Shown: one piece after another, positions 61,562 to 64,000 of the stretch
Layout: each line of letters starts with the position of its first letter
Position numbering within the stretch: position 1 is the first letter of the stretch
IMG/VR virus record: IMGVR_UViG_3300036859_000424
Source: a virus
DNA: 64,000 bases
Strand: one strand, 5' to 3'
Made by a program: the position numbers and the translations under genes
Notes under the pieces: model-generated
What the model saw: the letters and a program-made list of their open reading frames with translations, nothing else
What the model was told of the DNA's origin: nothing
Databases searched by the model: none

Positions 61562-62202
61562 CAGGCGGTGCCTTCTTCCCCCGGTGGCGCCATCGGCAGG
61601 TCGTCAGCGCCGCCCAGGCTCCGGACCAGCCGCTGGAGATGGTGGACCTGGCCGGCCGCCAGGGTGTGCCGTTCCAGGATCATCCGCAGGTCGGCGGCCT
61701 GCTCCGGGGTCAGGTTGTCGGCGCGCAGCAGCAGTTCGATCGCTGACGCGGAGATCGCCAGGTCGTTCACCAGCGTGTGCAGCATCGGCCGGCCGATCCG
61801 GGCCGTCTCGGTCATCCGTTCGCTATCGGTCGGATTCAGTGGCTGGGCGCCGACGACCTCTTCAAAGTGCGTCCAGCGGTGAACCTGCTGAAGTGCCAGG
61901 CCCAGCAGCAGCAGCAGGGTCACCAGCGGCGAGAGGTTGGCGCCCAGGGCGCCGGGCGTCAACACCAGCGGGTCCGGGGTCGCCGCCGCGATCGTGGTCT
62001 GGAAGCCCAGGACCAGGTTGATCGCCAGGAAGGCGATCATCTCGGTCCGGCGATCAGCGATCATGCGGTCGCGGATAACTGACGCGAAGGCGAACTTGCC
62101 GTCGCCGGCCCGCAGCAGGCCCCAGAGACTAACGGCGACCCCGCAGCAGGCGACGAACAGGCGCAGCGCTTCCAGACCGCTGGTGTTATCGAGCGTGGCC
62201 AC
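61561..62202 (-). CDS. multi-TM protein with a HisKA-like C-terminal helical hairpin
   Basis: Three hydrophobic segments, then MLHTLVNDLAISASAIELL...LRMILERHTLAAGQVHHL. Confidence 0.65.
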   Translation of the reverse strand: MATLDNTSGLEALRLFVACCGVAVSLWGLLRAGDGKFAFASVIRDRMIADRRTEMIAFLAINLVLGFQTTIAAATPDPLVLTPGALGANLSPLVTLLLLLGLALQQVHRWTHFEEVVGAQPLNPTDSERMTETARIGRPMLHTLVNDLAISASAIELLLRADNLTPEQAADLRMILERHTLAAGQVHHLQRLVRSLGGADDLPMAPPGEEGTA

Positions 62203-62596
62203 GCATGCCCCCCCGGCGACCGCCCTGCTCTTGCTCACGGCCCAGCAGGCGATCCAGCCGGATCTCATCCAGCAGGTCGAGAATCGCCAGGCCCATCAGG
62301 ATGGCGACGATCAGCACCGCGCCCCAGCCGGTCACGACGGTCAGCAGCCAGTCGCGGTTGTGGGTCACCAGCGCCCACAGCCCGACCAGGACGCCGATCG
62401 CGTGGCACAGCAGGCGGCCGACGTCGTTGCGGATGTACCGATCGGCCGACAAGATGCTCGGCCCACCGACCTGGTGGCCCGCAGCTAGCGACGCGGCTCG
62501 CTTCCGCCACGCCACCACGATCAGTCGGACATTACCCAGGATGCCCAGGGTATTCACGACGGTCCAGATCAGCTCAACCCACTCCCAGGTGATCAT
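62186..62596 (-). CDS. multi-TM membrane protein
   Basis: Three hydrophobic segments. Confidence 0.75.
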   Translation of the reverse strand: MITWEWVELIWTVVNTLGILGNVRLIVVAWRKRAASLAAGHQVGGPSILSADRYIRNDVGRLLCHAIGVLVGLWALVTHNRDWLLTVVTGWGAVLIVAILMGLAILDLLDEIRLDRLLGREQEQGGRRGGMRGHAR

Positions 62597-62823
62597 CGGA
62601 TCGATCGCTCCAGGTCGACGTCGATGTCCAGGGCGCGGGCGCGTCGGACGATCAGCTCGGTCTCGCGGCGCGCCCAGCGCAGCTCATCCTCGGCCGGCGG
62701 CGGCGGCCCGATCTCGTGACGCACCGAAGCGATCGGCGGCCCCTCCGGGTCCGGGCCACCGGGTGGCGGTGGCGGGGGTGGCTGGGGGCTCAGCCACTGC
62801 CTGATCATGGCGACCACGTCCAC
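62593..62823 (-). CDS. Pro-rich small protein
   Basis: PQPPPPPPPGGP; coupled. Confidence 0.65.
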   Translation of the reverse strand: MDVVAMIRQWLSPQPPPPPPPGGPDPEGPPIASVRHEIGPPPPAEDELRWARRETELIVRRARALDIDVDLERSIR

Positions 62824-62824
62824 G

Positions 62825-63157
62825 TCAGCCCCTTTCGTGGTAGGTCGGGCGCTCCCGGTCGAGACGATCGACGACCGCCCCGGCGACGCCGATCATCGGC
62901 CGGAGCAGCGACCACAGCTCGTTCGTCCGATCGCGCTCGGCCAGCAGCGCGGCGGCTGCATCCTCGCGCTCGCGCTTGATCGCGTCGGCGGCGGTCGTCT
63001 GCTCGCGGATGATCTGGTCGTCCTTCGCCTTCAGCAGCGCTTCGTGGTTTTTCTTGGTGACGACGTCGCCCCGGAGCAGCGCCAGCACGCCGACAGCCGC
63101 CAGGGCGAACGCCAGCCCGCCGACTTCGACCAGCTTCAGGAAGATCCCGTCCACCAC
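62825..63157 (-). CDS. single-TM coiled-coil membrane protein (holin-like topology)
   Basis: VGGLAFALAAVGVLALLRGDVV, then a coiled coil. Confidence 0.7.
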   Translation of the reverse strand: MVDGIFLKLVEVGGLAFALAAVGVLALLRGDVVTKKNHEALLKAKDDQIIREQTTAADAIKREREDAAAALLAERDRTNELWSLLRPMIGVAGAVVDRLDRERPTYHERG

Positions 63158-63169
63158 CCATCCTCTCGA

Positions 63170-63613
63170 TCACTCCGGCGCCGCCTCTTCGTCCGGTCCG
63201 CGCAGTACGGCGATCCGCTGGGTGGTCGGGCCGAAGCCGGCGTGGGCCAGCACCGCGACCACCACGGCCGGGCCAGCGAGCAACAGGGTGCCATCCTGGT
63301 CGCGGATCTCAGAGACCAGGTCGTCCTCCTTCAGTGGATCGTCCCAGTCGATCATCAGCGTCTCCCGCAGGACGACCGACCCCCGCAGCAGCGGCTTGCT
63401 CCGGATGGCGAAGCCGCCGTCGTTGACGTCGACACTGGCCCGGTCGGCGTAGCTGCACGCGACACCGGTCACTGGGGTGCCGTCAGACTGGGGCGTGGTC
63501 GCCCAGGCGTCGCGGGGGCCGGCGGTCCGGGGGGTCCGGGTGTAGGTGTGGGCCAGTGCCATCCCGAAGATCTCGCGGATGCCCTGGGCCAGGCCCTTAT
63601 CAACGTACGTCAT
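63170..63613 (-). CDS. head closure / head-tail adaptor
   Basis: Position in the neck module; PVTGVACSY...LKEDDLVSEI. Confidence 0.65.
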   Translation of the reverse strand: MTYVDKGLAQGIREIFGMALAHTYTRTPRTAGPRDAWATTPQSDGTPVTGVACSYADRASVDVNDGGFAIRSKPLLRGSVVLRETLMIDWDDPLKEDDLVSEIRDQDGTLLLAGPAVVVAVLAHAGFGPTTQRIAVLRGPDEEAAPE

Positions 63614-64000
63614 GTCGATCGCGGGTCCCGTCCGACGTACGGCGTGCCGGCGTACCTGGGATCGTTGGCGTCCGGCGGGGACGACGGGACGACCGGGGCT
63701 TGATTCCGCAGCTTGCCGATCCGGTAGCCACCGGCCCGCCCGGCCGACGCGGCGGCCGCTTCGGTCCGATTGATCGCGGCCTGGACCCGGGCCAGCTTCC
63801 GCTCATACATCCCGGTGACCTGGGACGCCTTGATGTCCAGGCCACTGGCGCTGTTCGCCGCGTCAATCCGGCGCGGCCCCAGGACCGCGATGATCAGCTC
63901 CAGGCCGTCGCGTTCGACGTACAACGCGCGCAGACCGCCGACGATCAGATCCTTCGCCGCCCACTGGTCCCACAGCAGGTCCAGGTTGCGGTAGACAATG
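63610..64000 (-). CDS. head-tail connector-like protein (5' end beyond the window)
   Basis: Frame open from 63999; ATGA overlap with the next gene. Confidence 0.6.
   Translation of the reverse strand, partial: IVYRNLDLLWDQWAAKDLIVGGLRALYVERDGLELIIAVLGPRRIDAANSASGLDIKASQVTGMYERKLARVQAAINRTEAAAASAGRAGGYRIGKLRNQAPVVPSSPPDANDPRYAGTPYVGRDPRST

Overview
This window is a roughly 70% GC (estimated by eye) segment of a tailed, long non-contractile-tail phage or prophage that is probably temperate. The host is inferred to be a high-GC Actinomycetota or Chloroflexota bacterium, which is uncertain. Bases 1-32.7 kb form a rightward early arm of about 75 tightly coupled genes. Most are small hypotheticals. 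The recognisable ones are two ParB-like proteins, an HNH nuclease, an orphan OmpR-type winged-helix protein, a CI/Cro-like immunity switch, a Rad52/Sak recombinase, a replication initiator with internal iterons, a DnaC-like loader, an LmbU-like/DNA methyltransferase fusion, a VRR-NUC nuclease and a dCTP deaminase. Bases 33.5-34.2 kb are a hairpin-dense non-coding block. Bases 34.2-64 kb form a leftward late arm: lysis genes, receptor-binding fibres including a 1476-aa collagen fibre, tail hub and Dit, a 1924-aa tape measure protein, frameshifted chaperones, the major tail protein, a glycosyltransferase plus methyltransferase pair, neck genes and a membrane-protein cluster. No integrase, terminase, portal, capsid, tRNA or CRISPR array was seen. 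The strongest unexplained structure is: (1) three free-standing HNH genes, each next to a duplicated and/or synonymously recoded 3' end of the upstream gene; (2) a TGTGA-N6-TCACA box at the main control regions; (3) two further dispersed motifs, CCTGAGAGGAG and GGGACGTCCC; (4) a candidate virion-glycosylation system paired with a Thr-containing collagen fibre; and (5) a candidate structured RNA of about 600 nt. All family assignments come from motif recognition by eye, not from database searches.
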